Assembly (NCBI GenBank): GCA_002922725.1
Contig: PNEW01000002.1
Location: 5,811-69,810 of the forward strand
DNA: 64,000 bases
Direction: 5' to 3'
Origin: Verrucomicrobia bacterium Opi.OSU.00C
GTDB lineage: Bacteria > Verrucomicrobiota > Verrucomicrobiia > Opitutales > PNEW01
A program made the position numbers and the translations under genes. Positions 21,223 to 31,832 of this stretch are shown piece by piece (position 1 is the first letter of the stretch; each line of letters starts with the position of its first letter). Below the pieces are notes generated by a model. The model did no database searches. It was not told where the DNA came from and saw nothing but the letters and a program-made list of their open reading frames with translations.

Positions 21223-21241
21223 AATAATGATTTTAATTCTC
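21223..21241. promoter_or_regulatory. candidate Fur-box-like operator upstream of the fur-suf genes
   Basis: AATAATGATTTTAATTCTC matches the classical 19-bp Fur box GATAATGATAATCATTATC at 14/19 by hand alignment. It contains AATGA-N9-TCATT and lies about 60 bp upstream of ATG 21301. The AT-rich context makes chance matches likely. Confidence 0.25.
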
Positions 21242-21300
21242 ATTTATATTTGATTCCAGGGATTATTCACATTAACTTATTGTTCACCATTTTTAAAATA

Positions 21301-21787
21301 ATGAAACTAAGCACCGATTCGAGAAAAACGCTTAATACCGTACTCAACAAACATGGCCTCCGTTCAACCCAGCAGCGTGAACAAGTATACTTTACCTTAT
21401 TGAATAGGAATGACCACCCAACTGCAGAGACGATTTACAAACGTTCAAAAGAAATGATGCCAGCAATTTCTTTAGCAACTGTTTATAATTGTCTGGACAC
21501 ACTTGTTGATTGTGGATTAGCCCGCCAGGTAAAACTTCGAGCGTGAATCCACGCGCTACTGTCCAATGGAGGCAGATAACTTACACTACGCTCACTTTCA
21601 CTGTAAATATACGGGAAAAGTACACGATATACGCATCCCTGCTATGGTAATAAAGATGCTACAAAAAATTATGCCCAAAGGGTTCCGTGCGGAAAAAATT
21701 GAACTATGTTTCCGAGGCACTACTCCATGTGAGAATAAACCTTCTAGAGAAGTATTACTTTCATCACCTATTAAAAAATTAAAGTGA
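21301..21787 (+). pseudogene. fur: Fur-family transcriptional regulator, frameshifted in this assembly
   Basis: The winged-helix half (RSTQQREQVYFTLL...HPTAETIY...ISLATVYNCLDTLVDCGLARQV) is in frame 1 and stops at 21544-21546. The metal/dimerisation half (NFERESTRYCPMEADNLHYAHFHCKYTGKVHDI...) continues in frame 2 to 21787. Deleting one A of AAAA 21531-21534 gives a 161-aa Fur-sized protein. Confidence 0.8.
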
Positions 21788-21796
21788 ATATTAAAC

Positions 21797-22555
21797 ATGG
21801 ACTCCCTTGAAATTAAAAATTTGAACGTAACCATTGAGAATAAAAAAATTCTTGATGATTTTTCACTAACCTTACCAAAAGGTGAAGTACATGCCCTTAT
21901 GGGGCCTAATGGGTCAGGGAAGAGCACCCTCGCAAAAACATTGGCTGGACACCCTGACTACTCTGTGGTGGCTGGCGAGTCACTTGTCGACGGCAAAAAC
22001 ATGATTGGATTAAGCCCTGACGAAATTGCCCGTAGTGGAATGTTTATGGCTTTCCAGTATCCCAGTGAGATTTCTGGAGTAAGTATTGCGAACTTCATCC
22101 GTGCTGCGATAACAGCTCGTCTTCAAAAAGACGAAGAACTTCAGGCAACTCAGTATTACAAACAACTATATGAAAAAATGGATCTACTAAAAATGGATCG
22201 TAAGTTTACTTCCCGATCGATAAATTCTGGATTTTCGGGTGGTGAGAAAAAACGTTGTGAAATCTTGCAAATGATGATGCTAAAGCCCAAATACGCTGTT
22301 TTGGATGAAACTGACAGCGGTCTCGATATTGATGCCCTAAGGATAGTTGCTGATGGTGTTAACAAAATGCGCAGCCCAGATATTGGCATACTCGTAATAA
22401 CCCATTACCATCGGCTACTCAGCTACATTGTTCCAGATAAGGTACATGTAATTTACAATGGGCAGATTGTCCAGAGTGGTGATAAAGAGCTAGCTTTTGA
22501 GCTAGATAAAAAAGGATACGACTGGATAAAAAATGAATCTGTCACCTCTCTTTAA
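21797..22555 (+). CDS. sufC: Fe-S cluster assembly ATPase SufC
   Basis: 252 aa. Walker [10 protein letters not shown], signature FSGGEKKR, Walker [12 protein letters not shown]. Located upstream of sufB/sufD. Confidence 0.95.
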   Translation: MDSLEIKNLNVTIENKKILDDFSLTLPKGEVHALMGPNGSGKSTLAKTLAGHPDYSVVAGESLVDGKNMIGLSPDEIARSGMFMAFQYPSEISGVSIANFIRAAITARLQKDEELQATQYYKQLYEKMDLLKMDRKFTSRSINSGFSGGEKKRCEILQMMMLKPKYAVLDETDSGLDIDALRIVADGVNKMRSPDIGILVITHYHRLLSYIVPDKVHVIYNGQIVQSGDKELAFELDKKGYDWIKNESVTSL

Positions 22556-22614
22556 GCAAAGCCAGCAAGAAAGAAAACCGTAAAGATACATAATAACACT
22601 TAAAATTACATTAA

Positions 22615-24021
22615 ATGGCAGTAAAATCGACCATAGAAATCGATCAAGAAAAAGGGAATTTTCATTACGACACACAATATAATTATGATGCCGGAACTGG
22701 ATTGGATGAAAACACCATTCGTTATATTTCTGATGTCAAAGGTGAAGACAAATCACTCCTTGATTTTCGTTTAAAAGCCCTTAAAATATTTGAGAGTAAA
22801 GCGTTGCCGACCCATTGGGCAACTCAGGATCTTGAGAATATCAACTTTGACAAGATTCGCTATTATCTTGCGAAAGGACAGCAACCCAGCCGATCCTGGG
22901 ATGAAGTTCCAGACGATGTAAAAGAAACCTTTGAACGATTGGGCATCCCTGAACAAGAACGTAAATTTCTCGCAGGAGTAGAAGCGCAATTTGATAGCGA
23001 AGCTGCTTACTCAAACACCAAGGAGCAACTGAAAAAAGAAGGTGTAATTTTTATCGGCCCTACGGAGGGACTTAAAGAATATCCTGAAATATTCCAAAAA
23101 TGGTTTGGTAAAGTTATCCCTACTGGGGACAACAAGTTTAGTGCCCTTAACAGTGCTGTATTTAGTGGAGGTAGTTTCATTTATATACCACCCGGGGTAA
23201 AAGTCCGCCAACCTTTACAGGCTTATTTCCGTATCAATGCTGAAAACTTCGGTCAGTTCGAGCGCACCCTAATCATTGCTGACGAGGGAGCCGAAATCAC
23301 TTATATGGAAGGCTGCACCGCCCCAAAATTTGAGACAGCAACCTTACACAGTGCAGTGGTAGAACTTATTGCGCTCAAAGGGGCTAAAATACAGTATATT
23401 ACTGTTCAGAACTGGTCTAATAATGTTTTCAACCTTGTAACCAAACGTGGCATGGCAATGGAAGAAGCTGAAATCAGATGGATCGATTGTAACATTGGCA
23501 GCCGTCTCACCATGAAGTATCCTGCTGTCATCCTCAAAGGGGCAAAAAGTCGAGGTGAAGTACTTTCAATTGCCTTAGCAAACGACCGCCAACATCAGGA
23601 TACCGGCGCAAAAATGATTCATGCTGCAGATGAAACCACTTCAAATATTATCTCCAAGAGCATAAGTATCGGGAGCGGGCGATCTTCATACCGTGGATTA
23701 GTAAATATACCCAAGCATTTGAAAAAATGTAAGAACAATACTGAATGTGACGCTTTGCTTGTAAACAGTAAAAGCCGCACCGATACTTATCCAGCAATTA
23801 CACTAAAAGGGGACGATAATTCGATACAACATGAAGCAAGTGTATCTAAGGTGAGTGCTGAACAAATCTTTTATATGATGCAACGCGGTTTATCTGAAGG
23901 TGAGGCGATGAGCCTTAGTGTTAACGGCTTTGTCAACGATCTAATTAGCCAGTTCCCAATGGAATACAGTGTGGAACTCAAACGCCTTATTGATATGGAA
24001 ATGGAAGGGTCCGTCGGATAA
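22615..24021 (+). CDS. sufB: Fe-S cluster assembly scaffold SufB
   Basis: 468 aa. Highly conserved SufB core (YIPPGVKV...[10 protein letters not shown]...[20 protein letters not shown]). Confidence 0.95.
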   Translation: MAVKSTIEIDQEKGNFHYDTQYNYDAGTGLDENTIRYISDVKGEDKSLLDFRLKALKIFESKALPTHWATQDLENINFDKIRYYLAKGQQPSRSWDEVPDDVKETFERLGIPEQERKFLAGVEAQFDSEAAYSNTKEQLKKEGVIFIGPTEGLKEYPEIFQKWFGKVIPTGDNKFSALNSAVFSGGSFIYIPPGVKVRQPLQAYFRINAENFGQFERTLIIADEGAEITYMEGCTAPKFETATLHSAVVELIALKGAKIQYITVQNWSNNVFNLVTKRGMAMEEAEIRWIDCNIGSRLTMKYPAVILKGAKSRGEVLSIALANDRQHQDTGAKMIHAADETTSNIISKSISIGSGRSSYRGLVNIPKHLKKCKNNTECDALLVNSKSRTDTYPAITLKGDDNSIQHEASVSKVSAEQIFYMMQRGLSEGEAMSLSVNGFVNDLISQFPMEYSVELKRLIDMEMEGSVG

Positions 24022-24084
24022 AATCATTGGTGACAAGGAGAATGACACAGAGTATTTAAAGTTTAAATATATACGTAGCATTAC

Positions 24085-25440
24085 ATGATTGAATTGAGAC
24101 CGGAACGGCTGATCCCACAAAACTTTCAAAATAGTTCCTTAGAGATGACGAACAAAGATACTTTCACCAACCATTTGAATCGAATTAATAGCGCACCTGC
24201 ATGGCTCCTGGATCTTAAGCGTGCATCTTGGGATAAATTTGTCTCTACATCCATGCCCAAACATACTGATGACACTTGGCGTTTTACTAACACAAAAAAT
24301 CTTAATTTGGATAAATATCATCAAATAAGTGATATTAAATCGATTAAAAAAGAATCATTTGAAGAACAATCCAATCAACTTAATTTAATTTCCGGTAAAA
24401 TCGTATTTGTGGACGACCATCAATGTAGGGATACAGAATTTGACACAGAGTTGAAAGAAAAAGGTGTGATTTGGACAACTTTAGAAGATGCTTTCCTAAA
24501 TCACCGTGATCTTATAAAAAAATACGTCACGGGTAAATTACCAAACCTTGGTGCGGAAAAATTCGGCTCCCTCCATCATTCACTAATGACAAATGGCATC
24601 TTTCTTTATATTCCTCAGGGTATCGAAATCGATTTACCATTTACCGTCTATAATTGGACATCTACTATGGGTATGGCCGTGTTCCCGCACACGATAATTA
24701 TCACAGATAAATACGCTAAAGTAAATTTAGTTAGCTTTTTTAAAAGCATGGAACCAAACATCCAAAACCTGGCTATTTCCTGTTCCAATATTTATGCGGG
24801 AATAGGCAGCCAAATTACCTTCACAGCGATTCAGGATTGGAATCTCAAGACCCAAAGTTACCACCTTAACACCGCGAATGCTGATCAAGACGCTAATATA
24901 AAAAATATTAATATTAATGTCGGTTCTGCCTATATGCGCCATGAGCATCATACTCAGATGTTTGGTTTAGGTAGTAAAACTGATACTTATTCACTTAGTT
25001 TAACCACCGGCGAACAAGAGTTTGATCAACGCAGTTTGCAAACACATTCCGCACCCAACACTAATTCTGACCTTCTTTTTAAAAACACACTCCTAGATAG
25101 TTCACGCACCATCTTTTCTGGGCTTATTCGCGTTAACGAAAATGCCCAAAAAACTGACGCTTACCAGACAAATCGAAACCTGCTTCTCAGTGAATCTGCG
25201 GAAGCTAACTCTTTGCCTGGTCTTGAAATATTAGCAGATGATGTCAAGTGCAGCCATGGTGCGACTTCTGGGCGGCTAGATGATAATCAGATATTTTATT
25301 TACTCTCACGCGGGATAACAAAAAAGACAGCACAACAACTGATGGTTTTTGGGTTTTTAGAAGAAATTATTGACAAGCTTGATAACCAAGATCTTGCAAA
25401 TAGGGTACGAGATATCATTCGCAAGAAACTTCCAAAATAA
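24085..25440 (+). CDS. sufD: Fe-S cluster assembly protein SufD
   Basis: 451 aa. SufB/D-family beta-helix C-terminus (CSHGATSGRLDDNQIFYLLSRG). Lies between sufB and sufT. An alternative start is at 24145. Confidence 0.9.
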   Translation: MIELRPERLIPQNFQNSSLEMTNKDTFTNHLNRINSAPAWLLDLKRASWDKFVSTSMPKHTDDTWRFTNTKNLNLDKYHQISDIKSIKKESFEEQSNQLNLISGKIVFVDDHQCRDTEFDTELKEKGVIWTTLEDAFLNHRDLIKKYVTGKLPNLGAEKFGSLHHSLMTNGIFLYIPQGIEIDLPFTVYNWTSTMGMAVFPHTIIITDKYAKVNLVSFFKSMEPNIQNLAISCSNIYAGIGSQITFTAIQDWNLKTQSYHLNTANADQDANIKNININVGSAYMRHEHHTQMFGLGSKTDTYSLSLTTGEQEFDQRSLQTHSAPNTNSDLLFKNTLLDSSRTIFSGLIRVNENAQKTDAYQTNRNLLLSESAEANSLPGLEILADDVKCSHGATSGRLDDNQIFYLLSRGITKKTAQQLMVFGFLEEIIDKLDNQDLANRVRDIIRKKLPK

Positions 25441-25464
25441 AATTTTTAACCCCCGATAACCTTC

Positions 25465-26019
25465 ATGTCTAAAACAGAAGAAAGGATTATTTCTCGCGAT
25501 TGTCAGGCTACAGCTGTTCCCTCGGGAGAAATGGTCACCCTTCCCAAAGGTAGCAAAGTCAATATCACTCATCGGCTCGGTGGTAACTTTACCGTAATTT
25601 GGGATTACGGTATGGCCCGAATAGATCGCGAAAATGTCGATGCATTGGGTGAAGAGTTACCCACGAGTGTTGTTCAAAATAGCTTAAAAATAGAGCACCA
25701 AGGACCACCTGATGAATCAGCAATTTGGGAAGAGTTAAAAACCGTCTTCGATCCTGAAATACCTGTAAATATTGTCGATCTCGGTCTAGTATATTCATTG
25801 AATATAGAGGAAAAAGAAAACGAGAATTATAATGTTAATGTAAAGATGACACTAACTGCACCAGGCTGTGGTATGGGACCGGTTATTGCAGAGGATGCTA
25901 AAAGTAAAATGCGTGATGTCCCTGGAGTAACTGAAGTAGATGTCGAACTGGTATGGGATCCACCCTGGAACCAGGACATGATAAGCGAAGAAGGCAAAAT
26001 GCAACTCGGATTGATTTAA
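25465..26019 (+). CDS. sufT: SufT-like Fe-S assembly protein (DUF59/MIP18 domain)
   Basis: 184 aa. The C-terminal DUF59 core is VFDPEIPVNIVDLGLVY...MTLTAPGCGMG. It is the last gene of the suf cluster. Confidence 0.75.
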   Translation: MSKTEERIISRDCQATAVPSGEMVTLPKGSKVNITHRLGGNFTVIWDYGMARIDRENVDALGEELPTSVVQNSLKIEHQGPPDESAIWEELKTVFDPEIPVNIVDLGLVYSLNIEEKENENYNVNVKMTLTAPGCGMGPVIAEDAKSKMRDVPGVTEVDVELVWDPPWNQDMISEEGKMQLGLI

Positions 26020-26049
26020 TATAACCCCAATTTAATATATCAATAAAAC

Positions 26050-27414
26050 TTATTTTCGGTTATCGATTCTCTCACGCGTATCCCAAGGTTGTGGTGGGTG
26101 TTTTTCTCGCTGCTTATTCAAATCCCTTTCATAAGGTTCTCCAATAATCGCCTCTAATGGCGCTGGAACCTCTCCTTTTAGTAAAGGATCATTCGTCTTT
26201 AGCATCCATTGATTAATGCGTGCCTGCATCTCCACTAACACCTCGTCATAGGCTTGATCACCTGCCAAATTATTCACTTCGTTAGGATCGACAACGAGAT
26301 CATATATTTCCTCTTTCATCTCTGATCGCTGCTCCCATCCATACTTGAGTAAGAAGTTTCTTGACGAACTGGAATCTGTATTCACAACATATTTTTTTGG
26401 GTAATCCCTAAAATGACGTATGTATTTCCACCTCATAGTTCTCAATGAACGCATCGGCTGATAACCAGCATGGTAATTGATTTCGGCGAAGATCTCATTA
26501 TTAATTTCATCTTTTTCATCACGTATAAGTGGCATTAAAGAATGTCCTTCCAACCAAAATGGGGGATCGATAGCAAGCAACTCACAAATGGTCGGATAAA
26601 TATCGATCTGCGAGATGAGCGCATCACAGACTTTTCCTCCTTTAAATCCACCAGGTCCTCGCATAATTAGCATAACTCCAGTTCCCTGATCATTAAGGTT
26701 ACACTTCATATTCGGAAATGCCAAGCCATGATCTGTTGTACAGATAACTAACGTGTTATCTGCCAATCCGTAAAGATCAAGGGTTTTAATTATTGCACCT
26801 ACATTGTTGTCGAGAACTCTCGCACTCGCTTTATAAGCGGCCATATCTTCACGGATATCAAGCACATCAGGAAGTGGTGTGGGTGGTATACAATAAAGGG
26901 ATTTTTCCTCACCCCCGGGTGAAGGGAACTCTCTGTGAGTTTCTTGAAAACCAACCGATAGAAAAAAAGGTTGTGGCACGTTGTTTTTTAGAAAATCAAT
27001 TGCATCATTTGTTGTATTCAAGGATATATTTTTATCTGGCTGGATAACAGATCGTTTATTTTCAACAATCCGATCATAACCCAACAAATTTGGGTTAATG
27101 TGCAGGTGTTGTATCCCATATAAAGCGGTATAGTAATTGTATTGGTGTAGTATGTGGGCAAGATGCTTATCGGTATCTCTTAAATAGAACCCTAAATTTG
27201 CTAAACCTAATTGACCACAACTGTGTGGGCATTGACCTGTGAGAAGCGCAGCCCGACTCGGTGAACATGTCGGGGCAGCGGAATGGGCTTGTCTAAAAAC
27301 AACAGCCTCTTCTGCTAAACGTTGAATATTGGGTGTGGGAACTGCGTGCCCATACGGCTGCAAATATCGCCCCGTGTCATGTGAATGTATATATAGTATA
27401 TTTGGGCGTCTCAT
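26050..27414 (-). CDS. Cys-type sulfatase (arylsulfatase family)
   Basis: 454 aa. Formylglycine motif CSPSRAALLTG, and the N-terminal metal-binding region starts at residue 4 (PNILYIHSHDTG). There is no room for a signal peptide. Confidence 0.9.
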   Translation of the reverse strand: MRRPNILYIHSHDTGRYLQPYGHAVPTPNIQRLAEEAVVFRQAHSAAPTCSPSRAALLTGQCPHSCGQLGLANLGFYLRDTDKHLAHILHQYNYYTALYGIQHLHINPNLLGYDRIVENKRSVIQPDKNISLNTTNDAIDFLKNNVPQPFFLSVGFQETHREFPSPGGEEKSLYCIPPTPLPDVLDIREDMAAYKASARVLDNNVGAIIKTLDLYGLADNTLVICTTDHGLAFPNMKCNLNDQGTGVMLIMRGPGGFKGGKVCDALISQIDIYPTICELLAIDPPFWLEGHSLMPLIRDEKDEINNEIFAEINYHAGYQPMRSLRTMRWKYIRHFRDYPKKYVVNTDSSSSRNFLLKYGWEQRSEMKEEIYDLVVDPNEVNNLAGDQAYDEVLVEMQARINQWMLKTNDPLLKGEVPAPLEAIIGEPYERDLNKQREKHPPQPWDTRERIDNRK

Positions 27415-27447
27415 ATAAACTTATTAGCTAATTCTAATACCTCAGGT

Positions 27448-28599
27448 TCATGGTATACATTGAAGACTAACTGCGACACCCATACCACCACCTACACAGA
27501 GTGTGACTAGACCTTTTTGGGTATTTCCCAAATTAATACGGTGAGCAAGGTGAGTTGCCAAGCGAGCACCACTCGCCCCAACAGGATGACCAAGTGCAAT
27601 AGCTCCACCTTCCTGGTTTACTTTTTCACCATCTAGATTTAACTCTTTCATACAGGCAAGAGTCTGGACGGCAAAAGCTTCATTTATTTCTATCGAATCA
27701 AATTGATCTACTTCGTTACCATTCTGCTCACATAATTTCCGCGTGGCATACACCGGTCCAAGCCCCATGTATTGCGGATCGCAGCCAATTGAAGCCCAAT
27801 CACCTATTTCAGCGAGAGGGGTCCAATTATGATCACTTAACGCCTTCTCATTGCATACAACCAAAATAGCTGCTCCATCATTAATTCCCGATGCGTTGCC
27901 AGCGGTAACACTTCCATTTTCATCAAAGGCTGGCTTCAAAGTTGATAAATGCTCCAGTGTTGTAGCCGGTCGTGGATGCTCATCACTGTCGAGCTCATCC
28001 AAAGCTATCATCTCAGTATCAAAACAACCTGCTTGCGCAGCTTTCGCATATCTTTTTTGACTGGTTTCGGCAAAAATATCCTGCTCTAAACGGCTAATAC
28101 CATATTCATTAGCAAGGCGTTCTGCGGTTATACCCATGTGTTGATGATTAAAGCTATCAACCAACCCGTCCCGCAGAATAGAATCAACCACCTCACCGTC
28201 TCCCAGTTTGTAACCTTGGCGCACACGTTCGAGTAAGTAAGGTGCATTTGACATAGATTCAGTTCCACCACAAAGGACAACAGATGCCTCACCAGTTTTA
28301 ATGGCTTGGGCAGCAAGCACTAGAGACCAAAGACCGGAAGCACACATCATGTTTACCGTAAAGGCAGTACAGTCGAACGGCACTCCCAATCTGACACCAA
28401 TCTGACGAGCAATATTCATCCCTTGACCCGCACTCAGGATATTACCAATAATAGCTAAATCAACAAATTCTGGGTCGATTCCGTAAAGCGCATTTTCTCC
28501 TGCTTTGACGGCCAGATCAACGGCTGAATACCGTGAAAGTTTTCCAAGAAAACGTCCTTGCGGCGTACGTTGAGCTGCAATAATGAAAATTCGGCTCAT
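27448..28599 (-). CDS. acetyl-CoA C-acetyltransferase (thiolase)
   Basis: 383 aa. Active-site Cys in VNMMCASG and the C-terminal motifs NEAFA and GGAIALGHPVGASG...CVGGGMG. Confidence 0.9.
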   Translation of the reverse strand: MSRIFIIAAQRTPQGRFLGKLSRYSAVDLAVKAGENALYGIDPEFVDLAIIGNILSAGQGMNIARQIGVRLGVPFDCTAFTVNMMCASGLWSLVLAAQAIKTGEASVVLCGGTESMSNAPYLLERVRQGYKLGDGEVVDSILRDGLVDSFNHQHMGITAERLANEYGISRLEQDIFAETSQKRYAKAAQAGCFDTEMIALDELDSDEHPRPATTLEHLSTLKPAFDENGSVTAGNASGINDGAAILVVCNEKALSDHNWTPLAEIGDWASIGCDPQYMGLGPVYATRKLCEQNGNEVDQFDSIEINEAFAVQTLACMKELNLDGEKVNQEGGAIALGHPVGASGARLATHLAHRINLGNTQKGLVTLCVGGGMGVAVSLQCIP

Positions 28600-28647
28600 C
28601 TCTAGTTTTCAAAAATAAATATTACCACTGTTCCTATGATCCCACAT

Positions 28648-29589
28648 TCAGTCTCTCAGGGTTCCAGTCATTTGCTCCTTAAGAAAAATTTGGTACGTTC
28701 TCTTTAGCCCTTCTTCGAGTGAGATATGTGGCTGCCAACCAGTGTTGAAAATTCGTTTGCTATCAAGCAGTTTGCGTGGTGTCCCATCAGGCTTTGACGT
28801 GTCGAAATTTATTTCCCCATTATAATCCACTATTTTTTTTATAATCTGCGCAACTTCGATAATCGTTACATCCACACCGAACCCTATGTTTATCCAGTCA
28901 GGGGGATTATCGAGATGTAAAAGATGTAAGACACCACTAGCCAGATCATCGACATGAAGAAACTCTCGACGTGCGCGTCCTGTCCCCCAAATGGTAACTG
29001 ATGGTTGTCCTTTCTCTTTAGCTTCGTGAAACCGGCGTATTAAAGCAGGTAACACGTGGCTATTTTCCAGATGATAATTATCACCTGGACCATAAAGATT
29101 GGTCGGCATCACTGAATGAAATAAAACCCCGTATTGTTTGCGGTAATATTGACAAAGCTTCAGGCTCGCAATTTTAGCAATAGCATAAGCTTCATTCGTA
29201 GACTCAAGGGGACTCAAAAGAAGACTTTCTTCAGGCATTGGTTGCGGGGCTTTACGAGGATAAATACAGGAACTCCCTAGAAAAAGTAGTCGACTCACTC
29301 CTGTTGTATAGGCAGCGTGAATTGTATTTAAGGCTATAGCGAGATTCTCATAAATAAAGTCTGCAGAATAGGTATTATTCGCGTGTATACCCCCTACTTT
29401 AGCAGCGGCAACGATAACTGTATCGGGTTTTTGACTTTTGAAAAACTTATCGACTGCAGTATTATCACATAAGTTAAGCTCATCACGGGTGCGCAATAAA
29501 AGGTTTTTAACTCCTTTATCACGCATCTGTCTCACGATGGCTGATCCCACCATACCCTGATGGCCTGAGACATATATTTTTTCATTCAT
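28648..29589 (-). CDS. fcl: GDP-L-fucose synthase (GDP-4-keto-6-deoxy-D-mannose epimerase/reductase)
   Basis: 313 aa. GHQGMVGSA Rossmann loop, SSCIYP and YAIAK catalytic motifs. Overlaps the gmd stop by 4 nt. Confidence 0.9.
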   Translation of the reverse strand: MNEKIYVSGHQGMVGSAIVRQMRDKGVKNLLLRTRDELNLCDNTAVDKFFKSQKPDTVIVAAAKVGGIHANNTYSADFIYENLAIALNTIHAAYTTGVSRLLFLGSSCIYPRKAPQPMPEESLLLSPLESTNEAYAIAKIASLKLCQYYRKQYGVLFHSVMPTNLYGPGDNYHLENSHVLPALIRRFHEAKEKGQPSVTIWGTGRARREFLHVDDLASGVLHLLHLDNPPDWINIGFGVDVTIIEVAQIIKKIVDYNGEINFDTSKPDGTPRKLLDSKRIFNTGWQPHISLEEGLKRTYQIFLKEQMTGTLRD

Positions 29590-30608
29590 TTTTTGTTGGT
29601 CACGGCTTCTTGAAAGGTCTTTTCATTTTTTGCTACTTCCAAATCTGCATCAACCATAATCCTAACAAGATCCTTGAAAGTGACCTTGGGCTCCCAATTG
29701 AGCTGCTTTTTAGCTTTGGCTGGGTTTCCTTTCAATAGATTCACCTCGGCCGGTCGCTCATAACGTTTATCATATTCAACATATTTTTCCCAATCGAGAT
29801 CTACCCGAGAAAAAGCCTCTATACAAAATTCTTTTACACTGTGAGTTTCATTCGTTGCGATTACGTAATCGTCAGGATTATCCTGCTGAAGCATCGTCCA
29901 CATAGCTTCGACAAACTCGGGGGCATACCCCCAATCACGCTGGGCATCAAGATTTCCAAGATAAAGTTTATCTTGCAATCCCACTTTTATCCGAGATGCG
30001 GCTTGTGTAACTTTTCGGGTGACAAAAGTTTCCCCTCGACGGGGGGATTCATGATTAAAAAGAATACCATTATTCGCATGTAAATTATAAGATTCACGAT
30101 AATTAACGGTAAGCCAGTAAGCAAAAACCTTCGCACAACCATAAGGTGAACGTGGGTGAAAAGGTGTCGTTTCTGTTTGTGGTATTTCCGCAACTGCACC
30201 AAACATTTCAGATGAAGAGGCTTGATAATAACGTACACGACGTTCGAGCCCTGCTTCACGAACAGCCTCAAGGATCCTTACGGTGCTTAACCCAGTAACA
30301 TCACCCGTATATTCTGGAATATCAAAAGACACTCGTACATGGCTTTGGGCACCAAGATTATAAATTTCCTCTGGTTCCAGGTCGTAAAGAAGTTTAATCA
30401 TTTGAACCGAATCCGCTAAATCTCCGTAATGAAGGAATAGCTTTGTTCCGAGTAGATGAGGATCCCTGTATAAATGATCAATGCGGGAAGTATTGAAAGT
30501 TGAAGAACGTCGGATAACACCGTGAACTTCATAACCTTTCTTAAGCAGCAATTCCGCCAAATAGGAACCATCTTGGCCTGTAATTCCAGTGATTAGGGCA
30601 CGTGACAT
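29586..30608 (-). CDS. gmd: GDP-mannose 4,6-dehydratase
   Basis: 340 aa. [37 protein letters not shown] and FNHESPRRG are all hallmark Gmd motifs. Confidence 0.95.
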   Translation of the reverse strand: MSRALITGITGQDGSYLAELLLKKGYEVHGVIRRSSTFNTSRIDHLYRDPHLLGTKLFLHYGDLADSVQMIKLLYDLEPEEIYNLGAQSHVRVSFDIPEYTGDVTGLSTVRILEAVREAGLERRVRYYQASSSEMFGAVAEIPQTETTPFHPRSPYGCAKVFAYWLTVNYRESYNLHANNGILFNHESPRRGETFVTRKVTQAASRIKVGLQDKLYLGNLDAQRDWGYAPEFVEAMWTMLQQDNPDDYVIATNETHSVKEFCIEAFSRVDLDWEKYVEYDKRYERPAEVNLLKGNPAKAKKQLNWEPKVTFKDLVRIMVDADLEVAKNEKTFQEAVTNKK

Positions 30609-31402
30609 AGTTTATGTAATTAAACAAACGTTAAGGATTTAATAGAATCTCAAACTGTGTAATATCTACTACCTTCTGACAACTTATTTGTTACATATAC
30701 ACTATATTACCCATTACATCACACCCGTAGTCCTACACAATTGATCCTATATTTTCCTCCATTTCTTCAATGTGATCGTGAAGTAACTTAGACTCATCCA
30801 GTCACTGGATTGCAACAGATGACTTGTTGCAGTAGCATACTATATGAGTACAATACTAAATTTAAATCTAATTCGTCATACCTAATATCCAAAGATAAAT
30901 TTGGTATCGAATTATTCGAGGAACAGTTATCCTTAATAACCCCTGGATTATTCGCCTCTAGAAACCGTTTTGATTGGAAGGTTATCTACTTATATCCTAG
31001 CCCATCGAACCTTCCTCATTTTTTCACCTCCGCCGCATCCAATATAATGGATATATTATGGGGGTGTTCCACTGTTACGATTCCCCCCCTACCCTCCTAA
31101 ATTATCAAGGAAAAGTAATTAATTCTATCCAGCATTATCCTTAGATATTGGCGAATTTGTTGCCAGTGTGCCATAAGTACGCAAAACATATATTTATAAA
31201 ATTATTATATATAGTTACTTACATAAATAGAGGTTATATTGTAATTAATACATAAGATATTAGTCTTACCTCTGGTTCTAATATGAATTTGTCGTCCCTA
31301 CAGATTTTCACTCTTTTTTAGAAGGAAAAGAATGCTCCATTTGTAAATAAGATTCGCTGTTATAGCATTGATAGCTCAAACTATATTTATTTAAATCTAT
31401 CC

Positions 31403-31816
31403 ATGGTTAAAATAACTGCAAAATACGAAGGTCAATTGCATTGTCAGGTGATTCACGAACCATCAGGATGCCATCTTCACACCGATGCTCCGGTTGATAA
31501 CAAAGGGCGTGGCGAAAGTTTTTCTCCGACTGATCTCTGTGCCACTGCATTTGCAACTTGCATGGCGACAATTATGGGAATCCATGCTGAGAAGCTTGGG
31601 GTCGATCTGAAAGGAATGAAAGTTGAAGTGACAAAGGAAATGTCCGTCGACATGCCGAGACGCATCGTTCGTTTACCAGTTGAGTTTTGGATCCCCCGCA
31701 AGGTAACGGAAGCGCATAAAGTTGCTTTAATTCACGCCGCTAAAACCTGCCCCGTCTACTACAGCCTAAATCCCAATATTGATAAACCCACCTGCTTCCA
31801 TTGGGTAGACGTCTAG
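31403..31816 (+). CDS. OsmC family peroxiredoxin-like protein
   Basis: 137 aa. The two conserved Cys contexts are SPTDLCATAFATCM and KTCPVY. Confidence 0.85.
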   Translation: MVKITAKYEGQLHCQVIHEPSGCHLHTDAPVDNKGRGESFSPTDLCATAFATCMATIMGIHAEKLGVDLKGMKVEVTKEMSVDMPRRIVRLPVEFWIPRKVTEAHKVALIHAAKTCPVYYSLNPNIDKPTCFHWVDV

Positions 31817-31832
31817 GGACTTTATTTATATA

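Noticed and set aside
21544-21546. The TGA ending the first Fur ORF, as selenocysteine or programmed readthrough.
   Set aside because: The conserved continuation is in the +1 frame, not in-frame with the TGA, and begins right after the A4 run. A one-base indel explains it fully.
30810-31100. The 96-aa ORF in the gmd-osmC spacer.
   Set aside because: It has no recognisable family features and no convincing ribosome-binding context, and its composition is like the surrounding spacer. I kept the region only as a non-coding gap worth scanning.
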